Assembly (NCBI GenBank): GCA_046563655.1
Contig: CM102286.1
Coordinates: 6,262,001-6,326,000, forward strand
DNA: 64,000 nt
Reading direction: 5' to 3'
Source of the DNA: Yuukianura sp. NJ FZ-2021
Lineage: Eukaryota
Shown here piece after piece: positions 36,401-51,265 of the stretch. The notes beneath the pieces were generated by a model. It was not told where the DNA came from. It saw only the letters and a list, made by a program, of their open reading frames with translations, and ran no database searches. Position 1 is the first letter of the stretch; each line of letters opens with the position of its first letter. The position numbers and the translations under genes are program-made.

Positions 36401-39400
36401 AGCGAAACTTAAAATGTAAAATCCGAAACTGACACATGCACCACTCCGACAACAAAATTCATTTGAAAACCCTAGGCTAACTAGAAATATAAAAGTTCTA
36501 CAATTCCCAGAATTAGAAAACCACATTCCAATTTTATTTGGCAGCATTTCAATAAAACTTTTTCGTTTTTCGAAGAACCTCCTCAATTCTATTCTTCCCC
36601 AGAAGGCTGCTTCCACTTCTCAGAAGTGATTTGTCCATCCGTAATCCACATTTTCGAAAGTTAATAAAAAAAAATACCAACGCTAAAAACCTATTTCAAA
36701 AATTCTGTAAAGAAACTTTTAAAAAGTTAAGTCCCCACACGCCCTGTCTCCAAAAAACATTTCATTTCTCCCACCAGCGCCCAAACTAAAACTCCTTAAT
36801 TCAAAAATTTGAAGTGGCAAGTTCAAGAAAGATCAAAAGTTTCTTTCCTCTTCTTACTTTTTTTTCAAAAACTTTCAAAGTAATTTTGATATTTATGACT
36901 CTGGAAGTGACTACAAAGCATCTGCTGTTCTCAGGACTTCTTAAGCAATAAATCCATTTCTGGATAGAACATTTCATTTTATGAAACTCAATCCAATAGA
37001 AAATGTCTCTCCATCTCCAATTCAATGATTCAATTTTTATATTTCTCAAAGAATCAATAATGCAATCACTTGACTTTTCTTCCTTAAATTCCTTCACCCG
37101 TGGGAACAGACGAACAAGAAAACTGCTACAAGCAATGTAGCGTTTTTGCACAACTAAAAAACCTAAACCGTTGCTCAATATGGCAAAGCTATCATCTATC
37201 GCCAGTAATTAAACCATAAAACTTTCAAGTTTTATGCTGCGCAGCACATAGCTTAATTCCAGTATTAATTTTTAATAGTTGATTAGGTTAACTTTTTAAG
37301 TACCTAAAACTTATTTTGATATCTTGAGACAATTTTTATGAAACTACGTCTGGCACCATTTCGCACTCAAAATTATCATGTTTTAGCATCAGTTTTAAGT
37401 AAAAGTACCCCAGTTAAAATTACGCTTTAAATGAAAAACAAAATTTCAATTTGTTACTACCTAAAAAATTGCCACTTAATCACATAATGCTTCAGCGGCA
37501 GAACTGCATCTGCAATAATTTCAACCAACCCATTTAAAATTCAACACATGCTGTACTATTAATGATGTATCATTTAAAACTGCCTGTTAAACTCTTTTAG
37601 TTAAGTGGATTTTTTGCTCCCCAGGATTTATCTACATCCTTAGACTTACAAAAAAAACTTAAACTTAAAAAACTAAGTTGTTTGCATAACCACCACAAAG
37701 TTCTTATGCACTTCATTTCCTTTTTCCCATAACCTTAACCTCAACCAAACTTGAACTTTTAAAAGCCATATCACACAAAAACCTAGGTTAACAAAATAAT
37801 AAAAACCAAAGCAATTCAGAAACTTTTGGGTGATAAATCATTTAACTCTTTAGAAAACTTCAAATCTTTGCTACTTTAAGCTCAACTTTAGCCAAACTTT
37901 AGCTAAAACTTCGCCTATCGCCTACCTAAATCTCATTACTCCCAAACTCAAAATTGAATATGGCTTAAGGACGCCACATTATAACCTAACATTATTATTT
38001 CTCCGTCACTTTTGTTCGTGACCATGTAATACTTCATAGGATTTGAGATTTAGCTCATCTTTTTTAGGTTCCCACAAACGATCTTCTTCTATTCATTAAA
38101 TTTCGGTTTTCGACAAAAGCCTACCAAACAACCCTGGGGCCATACCGACAAAAACCAGAAAAATAGGATCATCAAAATTTATTAAAAGCCACGTCATGAC
38201 CATCCGAGCACGACTGCCTTACCACTGCCAAAAAATCCGCCAAAATTTGAAATTCCATCGCAAAATAAATTCCAACCACAACAAAAAAATCTTACAAGCA
38301 GCTCAAAAAACTTTACTAAAAAAAAACTCGCTACTCAGCAATTCCACAACTTTCTAAACCATCTTCCCTCACTCTGATTTAGTATTTCGACTGTAGATTA
38401 GCAGCATCTTACGAAATTTACTTCCATTTACCCCTTTGATCAAAACAGGCTCCATAAATCTAATTTGTCAAACAGGAAACAACTAACAACTCCGCCTTTG
38501 TGCTCAGACCGTCGTCGCAGAATCCCCCAAGTGGATTACACGCGTCTACAAAATTCCGCATTTTCTAAATAGTCGCCCAAGATTCACAAGTAAAGCAAAC
38601 ACAAAAGTCAAGCAAAAAGGAAACAAAAACACAGCCTCTAAAATTTAACGCCAACTCAGTTCCTAGATCTGCTCACTTATACATTAACATTAAGCACCCC
38701 ACAGGCCGTAAATTTTCTTGATGACAGGCCTGGAGATTCCTCGGATACGCGGATACTGGAACTGAAACCCGGAATTGTGATGAACCGAATTACAAAGTGA
38801 ACAAAAGACTTTCCCAAGCTAAAAGAACAGAGAATAGAAAAGGATTCAGAAGTTCGTGTGAGATCAAATCAACAGCGCAGCATCCACAAATGTATACCAA
38901 AAGCCTTCCAAAAATTACACCAACGCTTCTTTCACACAATTCACATCCACTTCAAATCTTCTGCCGTCTCTTTCATGTGTTCAGGACTGCTCGAATTACC
39001 AATTTCAACCAGCATGGTGGAACTGGACAATGGAACATCTCCAATTCACTTCCCTGCGCTCTGCTCAAAATAAACAAAAGTCCATAGGTCTGCTGCCTCA
39101 CAAATCAATAACTTTTCAGAAGCAGATGGAACTAGTTTACACAAAACTTCCGAAAATTCCGAATTTGTTCTAATTAACGTCAGATAAATATTGAAAATGA
39201 GCTCATGTCCGGAGGGAAAGTTTGAAATAATGCGTGGCGTTCAAATGTTGCGTGTTCCATGAAACCGAGTTACGCCATCATTTCTACACCAGTTTGGCCC
39301 CTTCACATACTTCCAGGAAATATGATCCTACCACTCCGTCAGCATCTTCGGAGTGACTCAATCAAAAATCTACCAAAAACAAGCTTCGAGCTAGTTTTTT

Positions 39401-42400
39401 TTATATAGAAAACAAAAGAAAACTCGGAAACGCAAAATTCGTGACGCTTCAGAGGCATCATTGGCGATGATTCAGTATGGATACTTCCCAAAAAAAATCT
39501 TTTGTTCGATAGAAGCATGGTGTTAGTGCGAATCCATGCCAAAATGGGCAAAAACCAAAAAAACAGAATTTCAACATTTCAGAGTCCCTTCAAAAGTAGC
39601 CTTGAACCGAGAAACCTGTATTTTCAATTTCCTTTTTTCGAAACCAATTGCACCTCAACAATTCTGGTCCAGAAAAATTTCCACTAAAATGGGCGTGGCT
39701 GGAAAGAGGTTGAGAAGATCAAACCGCAAAAAGTGAGCGGAAAAAACAAAACTGTTTCGTTAAGCTTATGAAACTCGCATCAACATTCAACATCAACACT
39801 CAACAAAAAAAATTAACAAAAAAAAAAAAAGTTAGTAAAAAATTTTCCTATGAGAAATTTTTTTGTACACTTTATTTTCGAATCTCCTTGATTGCGTCTG
39901 AAGCTGTTTCGGTTGAGGTAAACGGCCTGGCCTGAGGGACTCACTCACTCACTTTTTGCAAAAAAAAAAAAATCTTTGCAAAACTTTTGCTGAATTTCGC
40001 TTGCAGCCATTACATAACTTTTTGTACCATCATTCCCTAGGCTTAAAAATTTCTTAAAACCCAAAACTACTTCGCCCAACATACTTTTTACTTTTTCTTT
40101 TCAAAAAATCTCAAAGTACAGAGATTTACGCATAGTGTGAGAGATTCTCTTTCAAAACTCCAGCTACCACCTCTTTAGCCCTCATCCTTGAGCTACTCAA
40201 GAATTTCGGATCCGTAGAACCGTAACGAATGATGAAGAGGCAGGGCAGGCGGGGTTGAAAAAATCAAGTTAACATTTCCACCTTTATACTCCGAGTTTGT
40301 AAAGAAGCCAAATTCAATTCGTTCCCTTAGCTTTTTCCTCCCTTCAGTTCCAAATACATGCATCTTAAATATGAATCCCCCGCTTTATAACTTCTCAAGT
40401 GTCCCGGGGGTAAGTTTTCGTTCCTCAACCATGTCCAAATACAATAAAAAGTACATTGGAAAAAAACATCTTCAGAGATGACATAAACCTAACCACGTCT
40501 CTCCAGACACCAAAGTGTCCAAAATACCTGAAATGGCATGACAAAAGTAAGTCAGCAGACGTACTCTATTGTTCCAGGAGCATAAAAATACCTCAGAATT
40601 GTACTTTAAGCACAGATCTGGCACCACAAAGGAAAACAAGTTTCGGATGACTGAATACCGCATTTACCACGTTAATTAGGCCTACCTTACCTCAACGTAC
40701 GCTAGTTACTGTGAGGTAAAGGTGATGCTACATTCACCAAACCTTACTACAGATCTACAACTACTACTATCATGAATTCACGCACTCAAAAACAAGAAAA
40801 ATGTTGTTGCGAATTCAAAAACAGGCTGTTAGCATTCTGCTTTTTCCAGAAAAAAAAAACACTTTCAGGTACATTCATCTTTCTATTCATTCTACTTTCC
40901 CACTTTTATGTAAAATCGAATGACTAAACACTCCAAATTGTGTAGAATACTTATGTTAATTCATCTCCTAAAGTCCATGGTCGTGTAATACAAACTCATA
41001 CCAAGTGCAAATGATCTCAAAGGAATTAGTCATTAAGTGGATGGAAAACCTAAATAGGAAGTGACATGAACAAGAACAAGCCTATATCATTGTTTCCAAG
41101 TGCTACGGCTACCAAATTTACTCAAAAACTAAAACATGTTTCACAAGTAAAAAGTAGTTTCAGTTTGCAGAAAAAAGTAACGCTACTTTAACTTCATAGT
41201 ATTCCCGTTTTTGCAAAATTAGAAGTGTCACTTCCAAACAAACTATCCAATTTCCCAAACTCATGTCACCCGAACTTCAATTAGCCAAATTAAATCGATC
41301 CAGCTACCTCAACCATAAACTTCCCCGAACACACCTACACATCCAGACACAACAAACCAATTTGAAACCAAATGTTGTCTACTTAATGGAATGGAACCTA
41401 AAATGTAACGCTCCAAATTTGAAATTTCAAACCTGTCCAACATTCTTCCTCCTCACTAATACACTCCGGCTACAAACAACTATGTATCCTAAACATTTTA
41501 AGGTAGTCAATTCGAAGTCCCCTTGTACTTATTTCGTCCCTGCGCATAACCTAAAGGCCATCACTATAAATTCGAGAAATGAAATTTCAAAAAACGAGCA
41601 CACATTCATTTCCTCCCGCTCCCATACCAATTATCTGCACTTAAGGCCACAGCTGAATCATAAACGCTACCGAACACACCGTGCTTCGACCCCAACCGAC
41701 CTAAAAATAAAAATACCCGCCTTACTTACAAACCGCCAAAGTCACTCCAAATTTTTCAATTCTCCCCTCAAATACTAACTTTAGCTCCAAAAACTAAAGT
41801 CCGAAAGTCCACAACGTCCAAGACAGGGACACGAACAAACTCAATAGACCTTGGACTTTGGCGTGTGATTAGATTAAGCTGCAGGATTGGGATAGGCCCT
41901 AATGCATGGCAGCTGTACGTTCAAAACGGCTTTTAAGGGCCCCCTCTTATGGTTCCAGGACCCTCCTGTACGGGCACTTGTGGACTTGTATTCTTATTGA
42001 ATGTTACTTATGTGTTTTGTGCAAATCTATCTACAAAACGTCCAAAAGTCACCGTCCATAACTAGTAACTGTCCGAAAATGACCGTCCATAAACGTCCGG
42101 CTACTCCGGCTAGCCTTTGCCTATGGTTCACTGCAAAGGTTGTTAAGGGTGTAAGGACTGTGACATATTTCAGCATCACCAATGGACGAAATACCCACTT
42201 GAAAATAAGTTCTACACAGTTTTCATGTTAACTTTGAGCAGTTCAGTGAAACAATCGATTTCTGAAGACACTGTATACTACTCTACACTGGTTTTTAGGT
42301 GTGTGACTAATCGTAAGGACCCGAACAGTCACCCCCTCCCCTCCTCATCGCAGACAATTCCCAGATCTTTTCCTAATTCCTTCTTCTCCTTCAATCCTAC

Positions 42401-45400
42401 TCATAGCATGACAAGTTGACTCAACGTCGTCTCCACCGTCGTCATCCCGCCGATTCATCTTCCTCTTCCTTCATCTTTAAAGATAAATTTTTCTTTTCGA
42501 GACAAATGAGAGCTATGGTGTTAGAAAAATACTTCTCAAAAACTTCCTATCGTTAGTGGATTGGTTGTTACAAAAATAAATTAAGCATTTCTATTCGTCA
42601 AGGGCTTTCAACCTCAAATGACACTCTTCAAAGTCACTACTCAAACACAATGAAAACTCAACAAGTTGCTTTCTCTGTGTTTTTTCAAAGGAAATGCAAG
42701 TAAAGAGGAGGTGATGCCCCCAAATTGTCAAAAGAAAGTCAGATAGCTGTGAATGACATTTGACATTCACTGGAATGATTCAATTTATTTTGGTCTTCCC
42801 GTGACACAAAAACCGTCAAAACCATAAGTTGTCATCTTCACTCTTAAATCAAAGTTTGCTTCACTCGAAGGTGTTAACTAGCTCAGCTCAACTAATTAAA
42901 AAAAACTCGTAAATTCGAAAAACAGTTCGAAATTAAATTAAATTTATCACAAAACTTTTTGTTTTTTCCTACGCACATTACATAACATCAACATCCTTTG
43001 CTCAAAAACCGAAACGTGGCAAATAGCCATTACTTTATGTAATCACAAGGAAAGGAAGTGAGGGCATTGCGCTTGAGAGAATCAAACATTTCAATTCAAA
43101 ACTTCCGGCAAAACAGTTTACTTTCCTCAAAAAACTAAACTCTGCGTAGTTTTGTACTTTGTACATTACATATTTTCATAGTCCGCCTTTCGTCTACAAT
43201 GTCATTGTCATTGTTCAAACTCCAAGTCCATATCATCACGATTCACAAAATATTCAAACTCACATGAAACTTTTTTATACTTTAATTTTAACTTTTGCTG
43301 CTTTAGTTTTATATTTACATATCCAAGTAATTACAATCTGGAAGTTTTAAATAAACAGAAAAACAATAGTATTTTTCAGTTATCCAAAGATAGAGCACGC
43401 AACAACATCAACTATAAAAAAAAAAGTAAACAAGGTAAAGTGCATTATCATCCCTTCCTGACTAAATTTTTGGTTTTCAAAGTCCAACTTACAACCACAT
43501 ATTCGACATGCATTGACATAAACAAATATTGTAGAAATGATACATACAGGATTCAATTACGTTCGTTAACCTGCCTCATCAGACCCACATCCTCTTGACG
43601 TCTTAAAAAAAAGCCTCAAAATTCAAAAAAATAAAAACTTTTCAGTTTTTTATGGAGTCCGACGTCGAAAAATTAATACGTAAGCTGTTTACATACTGCA
43701 TCCACTCCAAAATAAGATTTCTCCAATACTATTATCGTTCAAGGTCGTATTGCGCAATCTCGATGCCCAAAAACAACATTTCAGATTTGGTGGTTGGCCT
43801 GGAAGTGCTACTTTGACAAACTGACATAAAAATTTGGACATACTTTGGACAAAAAACGGCTTCAAAAAAAAAACTGAACTAAATTTTTAGACTTTGTTCG
43901 AAACAGAATTTGCAAAGATGAATTTGACCCTGGCGACCGAGTTAAGAAAATTTAACATTTGAAAAATGTATGTTATGTGCGTACTGCGTAACGAAAATTG
44001 ACAGCACAGAAGCAAGCGAACAAACACCGCCAAACATCAAAGCTGCCAAAAATTTACGCAGCAGGATCACAGTCCAAAAATTAAGGTTATCAAAACGCCA
44101 AAGATCAAACAGCTCACTCAGAAAATTAACAAAATTTCCATTTCCAAGGATCCTCTTTTGTACTAGTTAATTTAAAGTACGTCTTAATTTCTAGAAGGCA
44201 AAATTAATAAAACACTCAAAGTTATTGTCCGCAGTGGAACATTTTCAAAGAATTCTTTCAGAATTAGCCGATCTCCGACATCCTGACGACGACGGTTAGG
44301 CGAACTTTCAAAAGAAAAGCTTGATTAAAATACAAAACATAGACGAATTGCGACACAAGATGCGTCTGACTCATCTCTTAAGCGTAATTAAATGATTCAT
44401 CATTAGGAATTTCATTTTACAAGTCCTTATGCAGTTGTTATTTGAAAACACACAAGTTGTGTAATAGGAACTGATAAAAGATAAACATTGTAAAGACAAG
44501 ATGAAATACAAACTGTAGTATTCGTTTGTGGTAAGTTAAGTAGCTTTCCGCATTATGTCTTTTCATTTTCCTAACAAGAGCAGATCCACTCTACAAGTAA
44601 AGTGATTCAAGACAAGACCTGATCCGTAACATGGTTCAAAAGCCAAGTCTAATATTAGTTAACTCGGCTCTAAATTTTAGTTTTAAACTATATAGGCGAA
44701 AACAATAGCCTAATAAAAATTAGTTCCAATTCAAGAGTTTCTGTTCAAAAGACATTATTATCTAAACTGCCACTGGGCTTTTTCGCACAATGATGGTTCC
44801 ATCCTACACAAACTGACTAAACTGCAAGATTTTCAGACACTCAAGCTGAGTGGTAGAGTGAAGACGATACTTAATGAAACAATAAAGTCCAATTTATTTC
44901 AAATGTTTATAAATTAAATTATAAACATTCAATATTCCTCACCACAAAGTTCGAGAGTTCACAAGAATCAATAAATCAGCAAATTCCGTAACGATATCTA
45001 CAGAGGTCATAAAAACTTATTTTTCTCTGTTCCAAGCTCATCATCTTCCCATAAAACAAAAGAATGATGGGCAATGTCAATCAAAAGTGTTCCGGGTAAG
45101 GATAGTAAGTCGTTATTTTACAGTTAAATGCGCAGTAAGTGACCCCTTATTCGACAATCCATTCCATTGTCTACGAACAGTGAGCATGCCTCAGGGACAA
45201 CTTCAAAAATAGCCTAACCTAACCCAAATCGTCAAAAGTTGCAGTCGAAAACCAAAAACATAAAAGCTTGCTCATCGTTTGTTTCGTAGAAACCACGTCA
45301 AAATGCAAACCACAGATTCACGACAACAGAATACAGTTATATTTTGATTTCACAAAAGAGTAACGATGACGAATGTCATCACTCATCAGTGTCCACTGTG

Positions 45401-46647
45401 CCTGTTTAGAATGACATAGATTAAAATGAAACTGGAAATGACCAAATTTGTATAACTGAACTAACGAGGAAAACTATAGTATGTGAGGCGGAAAATCAAC
45501 TTTTACATTATGTCAAATGACAATGACCGAAGTAGTGACAAGTATCAATTTTCAAAGAATCCAGTTTGTCACGAGTCAGCAGAACTAAATTTTCTGGAGA
45601 AACGGAATAAAAGGGAGTAAAAGTTGAAGCTGACTAAAAATCAAATGCCAGGAGCACTCCTGACTATCGCAATTTTAACATCATTTGTCAATGACCCTCC
45701 ACTGGAATTGTGTGGATAGAGGAAACTTCACTTTGACAAGTGTTTCCGTTTGATTTCACTGCACAGAAACGATGATATTTCCAAACGAATGATTCAATTC
45801 TATACCATACTGTTTCCCTTAAAACTCACTCCGCATAATCTTATCGGTGCATTTTTTAAGATGGGGGAAGGAAGTGAATGTTCCAGCTGAGTCATTCGGA
45901 AACAATCTTCATCGTAGAATTTCATCATTCAGCACATGGTTTACTTTAGCACGAAAACCATTACCCGTATTTCACATTCCGCCTTCAACGTAAATTCTTC
46001 TATTTTTAATTGTTCTTTTCAGCGCGCTTATCCATTTAGTACTTTACATATCCCATTTTACTTCATGCTTTCATGGTTTTAAGTTGGCAGATTCTGCCTT
46101 TTAACGGTTTATAACAATTCCTTCAAATCGCAACTTAAAAGACGTTGGTCACTTCTTTTTGAATGGTCAGGATTCAGGAATCATGACTCGTCAGGGCTCC
46201 TGACTCCTGAGTCAGGACCAGGAGTCAGCATAAAAAAAAAGTAGCAAACTACAATCTCCTTCACCAGTCGCCACAACACCAAACCTTCTCAATGTTTTCA
46301 TTTCGAGTCATAAAGAGAAAGAAAAGCGAGAAATGCCGGTAGCCGGTCTTGGGTTGGATTGTAAAAGATGTGGTCAGACGTTAAAACAACCGAACTTTCT
46401 CACCCAAGACATAGAAAACACTTTGTTCTTTACAAATTTCAACCAGCAGCTAATGTTTTACACCATTTTTGTAAAAGATTGGTTACGAACTCGTTACTAC
46501 TAACCGTTTAAAACGTTAAACACACAGGCGACACTATACAACGACGACGAAATAAAAACGATTGACGAAGGGTTGATAATGTGAGGCCAGAGCGAGAGCG
46601 GGGAAAACGCTAACTGATCTACTTTAAGATTCAAAACGTTTGCTTAC

Positions 46648-47290
46648 CTTGTTTGATGAGTATCTTCCTGGATGTCCGCAAGAACCGTTAGTCCAATGTT
46701 CGTTGATGTTGATCCGTGGAGGTCACGTATGTCAATGGAAGCACCAGTTGTGTCCAATTAGATAAAAGCGTTAAGAATGAGCTGTAAGTGGATGGATGAC
46801 TGTTGTGGAGCTGTTTCTCTGTTCCTGTCCAACATTCAAGTGACGCTAGGGCACAAGGGAGGGGGATCCGCTCCGGAGGAAAAGAGAGAGACATGGGAGA
46901 GGATGTTGGAGGGAACCAACCCCACAAGCATTGGACTCCCTCACGGACAAAGGGAAAGAACAACGGAAAATGGACACCATGGGGTTGTTTAGCCCCGAAT
47001 AGCACCAGTCGCCATTACTGCGAGTGGTACAGTGCAAAGTACCCCCGTAATTACACTACTGTTCAAATCACCCGTCCAAAAACGTTTTGACCAGGAACCA
47101 AAACGTCCGTTTCAAAAAGAGAAAACAAATGAAAATTATTGAAAAGTTTGAATTCAGCGCCATTAACCGCCATGCTCTTTTCTCCCCTGTGTCTCAAAGT
47201 GAAAATTTTGAATACATGGAGTTCCCGCCATTTTTCCCACCTTCACAAAAATGTCGAAGGAATTGAGTAAATGGCGCCTACTTTCCACAT
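46648..47290 (-). promoter_or_regulatory. Candidate first non-coding exon and promoter of the Akap200-like gene
   Basis: Consensus minus-strand donor AAG|GTAAGC at 46647, locally higher GC, and YY1-like CGCCAT/ATGGCG motifs at ~47158, 47168, 47225 and 47270. The A/C-rich plus-strand skew of the left part of the window appears to fade here. Confidence 0.35.
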
Positions 47291-48329
47291 GCTTTGTGGA
47301 AGGAATTTTATTTCTGCTACTGATTTTACCTGCAAAACAACATCGGTTTTAATTCTAGCTGTAATTAGTAACTGAATTGATTTAAATACAAATTAAATTT
47401 AGTTTTTTAATTTAATTTAGTTACTAAACAATCGCAGCCATATTCTCAGATATTAAACTCGTGACAAGTCAGGTCAAAATTTTTTAGGTAATGTAAAGCG
47501 TTCTTACATAATTTTAAATAAAACCTTCAGTTGATCGTGTTTATTTAAAATTTTGACTTCAAATCATGAAATTTTTGAAGTGTGGAAAGAGTCTATAACA
47601 CATTTAAACCATATAGCCCCAATAATGCGTGAAAGTGGATGACAAATTTGAAAGGGAGGATGAGTAATAAACTTGCTTGGAAAGAATTGTTCGTGTTTTC
47701 CATTGAAAAACTCGATTAATAGTCATCCGTCATCAATCCACTTTTATCATCGTTATTTCACTGTATGCCTTTTCAGCCAAACATCCCGTGACGTGACATG
47801 AGACATGAGACTGACAGTTCCAAAGATCTACAGCCCTAGCCTACTCGTAAGTTTATAAGTTTACAAGCACATGAGTTAAAGTTAGACTTTTCAGATAAAT
47901 TAGTTATCCGTTTCATGCTAAATTTGACCCATCACTGACCCGAAAGCCTTTACTAACCTTCCGGTTTCTTTGAAGTTATATTTATATAGCTGAGAGGGCC
48001 GAGTTTCTAATATTTATGTCGCCAAGCAAGATCCAAGGATCCAGTAGCCTTCTTAAGAATGGTGTGGTGACCAGTAGACAAAAACCTGTGGAAAACAAGA
48101 ACAAAACACATTTGGTTAGATTTACCTAGGTCCAAAATCTATTTCTAACACTCTTGTGACTTTGTGTCACAGGTTGAATCCCATAATACTGACGCTAAAA
48201 TGGAGACAATTATCAATTACACAGTTCTGTTCTGTTTGTTTTCCAATGTGTAATCTTGTTCTAGTAACTAAAGAACTTACCTACCAAAATGGTAATACGG
48301 ATTAAGAATAAGATATAATGAATTGCAGT

Positions 48330-49255
48330 TCACTTCTTCCTTTTTCTTCCACTTAAAAGCTCCTCAAGCTGACCCTGGACCTCCTTCAATGCCAAATCCG
48401 GAACATATCTTATTTCCGTGTATTCTCTAAAGTGAGGATGTACTTTCAAAGTTACTCCGGCAGGCAAACTGCTTTGAACAATGTCAATGAATAATGGTAA
48501 CGTCGTGCTCTCTGGATCCACGACCTGAAAGTATAATTCATAGTTTACGTGAAGATCCAGTGGGTTTAGTATGACTTATCAACAAAAGAATCCGGACGGG
48601 CAGCTTACCTGGACATTACGTTCGTACACTTGTAGTTTATACTCCGCGTCAACGACTGTGCTCTCAGGCTTCAACTTAGTTATTTTCAAATGCTTACTGG
48701 GGGTACCCCATCTGTACAGGGCCAAAGTATACCAAAATTAAGTCACAAAGCTCGATTCACATATTTAAACTATATAAACTATAAACTTACGCATCCTCAA
48801 TCTCTAGCCCAAACCTTTCAGCAGAATTATGAACAAATTTTCCAAATTCTTCCAGCACAGTGAAATCAAATCCAGTCAGCTGGATATTCACGAGATCATA
48901 TTTCGCTACTTGGGGTCCTGTAGGCTGAAACGTAAGGAATTATCGTAGGAAGAATTCCTAAGATGTGAAATCAACTTACATCCAAATAGTCGGGCTCATA
49001 TCTACCGTAATTTCTTGAGAACGATTTTGAAATGTCCACAGGAAAACGGTAGTGTTTAGAAGCTAAATATTGGGAGTATAATATCGGTTGGCTGAATGTC
49101 TTTGAGAATGCTGGTTTACTCGACATAGACTGAAGGGCCCTTCGTTGGAACTGAACGAATTGGACGCGCATCCAACCGCCCTTGTGCAACAGGGAATGCT
49201 GAATCATCGAAACCTGGTAATTTGATACAATCCGGACAGCAACAACACCTAGCAT
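48330..49255 (-). CDS. mRpL48: Mitochondrial ribosomal protein L48 (mL48, S10-like fold); exons 48980-49255, 48791-48924, 48609-48711, 48330-48524 (~235 aa)
   Basis: Spliced translation YEPDYLD|PTGPQVAKYDLVNIQLTGFDFTVLEEFGKFVH...WGTP...YKLQVYERNVQ|VVD...LFIDIVQSSLPAGVTLKV...RYVPDLAL. Canonical splice sites with consistent phases and a basic/Ser-rich presequence. The first exon could hide a small intron. Confidence 0.85.
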
Positions 49256-49779
49256 TTAAAACAAAACAAATGGAATTAATTTTGTACGTACTGTACTACT
49301 TACTAAAAGTAGTAATTAACTTATAGTTAGTATTCTTTACTAATCCGCTAAATCTGACACTCTTCTCATACTCACTCCCGCACCCGCCTCCCTGAATTCG
49401 ACGACCATTAAATTTGTAAGCGGTTAATTAATTACCTTACCGTAATCTGGCTTTCTCGATATCAATCCTTCAAAATTTCGAATTTAATAATCTGACATAA
49501 ACAGAAATGAAACACAAAATGAAAAATGTAAACAAAGCAAGCAACCTTTCGTTTCAAATTAGTTACCTAATTTATCTCGAAGAGCTACACATCGCCTCAG
49601 AAATTCACAGTTGGTCAAAGAAGACCACAAACATTATTTACACATTCAGTACACAACGGTGTTTAGTTGAAAATAGCTTACACAGTTCTATTCAGAAGGC
49701 GCGACATCAAACTAGTTAACATTATTTTAAATTAATTTGATTGCAAAATCAATTGAACTATTAAGTTCAGGTCATCCCA

Positions 49780-50070
49780 ACTATTTCAGACGGGCGCACC
49801 GTAATACTTCAGGGATTTCCGAGCCAATCCGAAATTCAAAAAGAAAATAAAGAAAACCGCCCGAAAGTTTTGAATTTTTGCCAATGTTTGATTCAAACAC
49901 ACAAGATGGCGCATATAGTATAGCCGACGAATTAGTACCGGGTACATTTTAATTAAAAAATACCGCAGCTACTGCTACGTTTTGAATTTATACAGCAACA
50001 GCAGCAAATAAGTTACCAACCAGACAAACGGTTAACGATTGTCATTGTAGCCACACACATAATCATAATC
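49780..50070. promoter_or_regulatory. Probable divergent promoter between mRpL48 and the upstream Prx5 first exon
   Basis: YY1/Pho-type CAAGATGGCG at 49902-49911 and CCAAT at ~49824 and ~49881, between divergent start codons. Confidence 0.4.
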
Positions 50071-50082
50071 ATGGCATTAAAA
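50071..50082 (+). CDS. Prx5: Candidate alternative first coding exon of Prx5 (MALK)
   Basis: ATC ATG GCA TTA AAA|GTAAAC is phase 0 and positionally equivalent to MPIK|. Splicing to 52899 gives MALKVGEKLPNVDLFEG. Confidence 0.5.
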
Positions 50083-51265
50083 GTAAACTTTTCGATTCTA
50101 ATTTTTCGATTCATTTAATTCTAATTATATAGGTATCTATTGCATACTAAGTACTACCTAGTTATTAAGCATATACGCTGCTCTAACGGTGTGTTAAATT
50201 GACCAATAACAGACCATTGTTCTGCAGAATATCTTAAACGTTTTCCAACAATTATACACGGCTTAAACAGTAAAGTGAATTTTTTTTAAACATTTTCCGA
50301 CTCAACAACGTCCTGTGCCGCGCGGTTTCTTGCCGCACCCGTATCATACAGCTGTGATGCTGACCTTCTTCTAACCTTCAAAGTTGCCCTATACTTTTTT
50401 TAGTTGTTATCTAGTATCACGAAGAACTAGCATGAGTTAAGAGTGTAATATCAAAAGCAAAAGTAATTGCGGTTTATATGTTTTGGCATTAGAGCTAACT
50501 GAAAACGTGAGAGACGAGGGTATCGAAGGAAGAGGTTAAAGTGATACAAAAACCGACACTCCACGTTGGTTACTACTTTCAGAGCCGGGTGCATGTAAGG
50601 TCAGTTTTTTTCATCATAACTGTATTTTGTGTTAGCGTTATTGAAATTAAATAGTGACGCAGGATTTGTTCAATGCACAGTGGACGGTTTTTAAAAAAAG
50701 AGTTCAGGCGTTTTTTGAAACAAACTTTAATTACAACGTTTCCGTTGACAACTCATTTGGTTGAAAGAATGCAACACTGAACAATGTACCCATTATGTTT
50801 CTTTCAACATTTAGCTAAATTTAGCAATTGGCTAACTTAGCAAAAACAAAACTTAACTAAACCTTCTTCTCTTTCGTGGCAGAGTCTAGCATTTCCAATT
50901 TCATTTTCAAACTCTTCTTCACCTTCCGTTTCTCCTGTGAATGCGAAATCACAAATTCGCAAATAATGATTATTGCAACCAAGAAAATAAACAAGAATTT
51001 AGGAATACTTTGGATAAGCTTTGGGCCTTAACTAAGCATTATGCGCGGATTTGCACCTCAAAATATCAAAGACCAAGTCATCCAGAACGCTAATCACCCT
51101 TCGGTTTGTCATTAGAGGGTGAGGGTTTTCGAGGACAAAAATCAATCGGTACGTTTATTTTTGGGTCAAAATGACACTGGTAAGTCAGTTTGTTTACAAA
51201 ATTTATTTCTTTCCATGAGAGCCAAAAAATAAATAAATCGACCATTGTGCAATGGCTGTACGCTG

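Noticed and set aside
41263..41778. 171-aa plus-strand ORF
   Set aside because: No domain; its N/T/K/H/P-rich composition is what an A/C-skewed intron antisense strand produces by chance.
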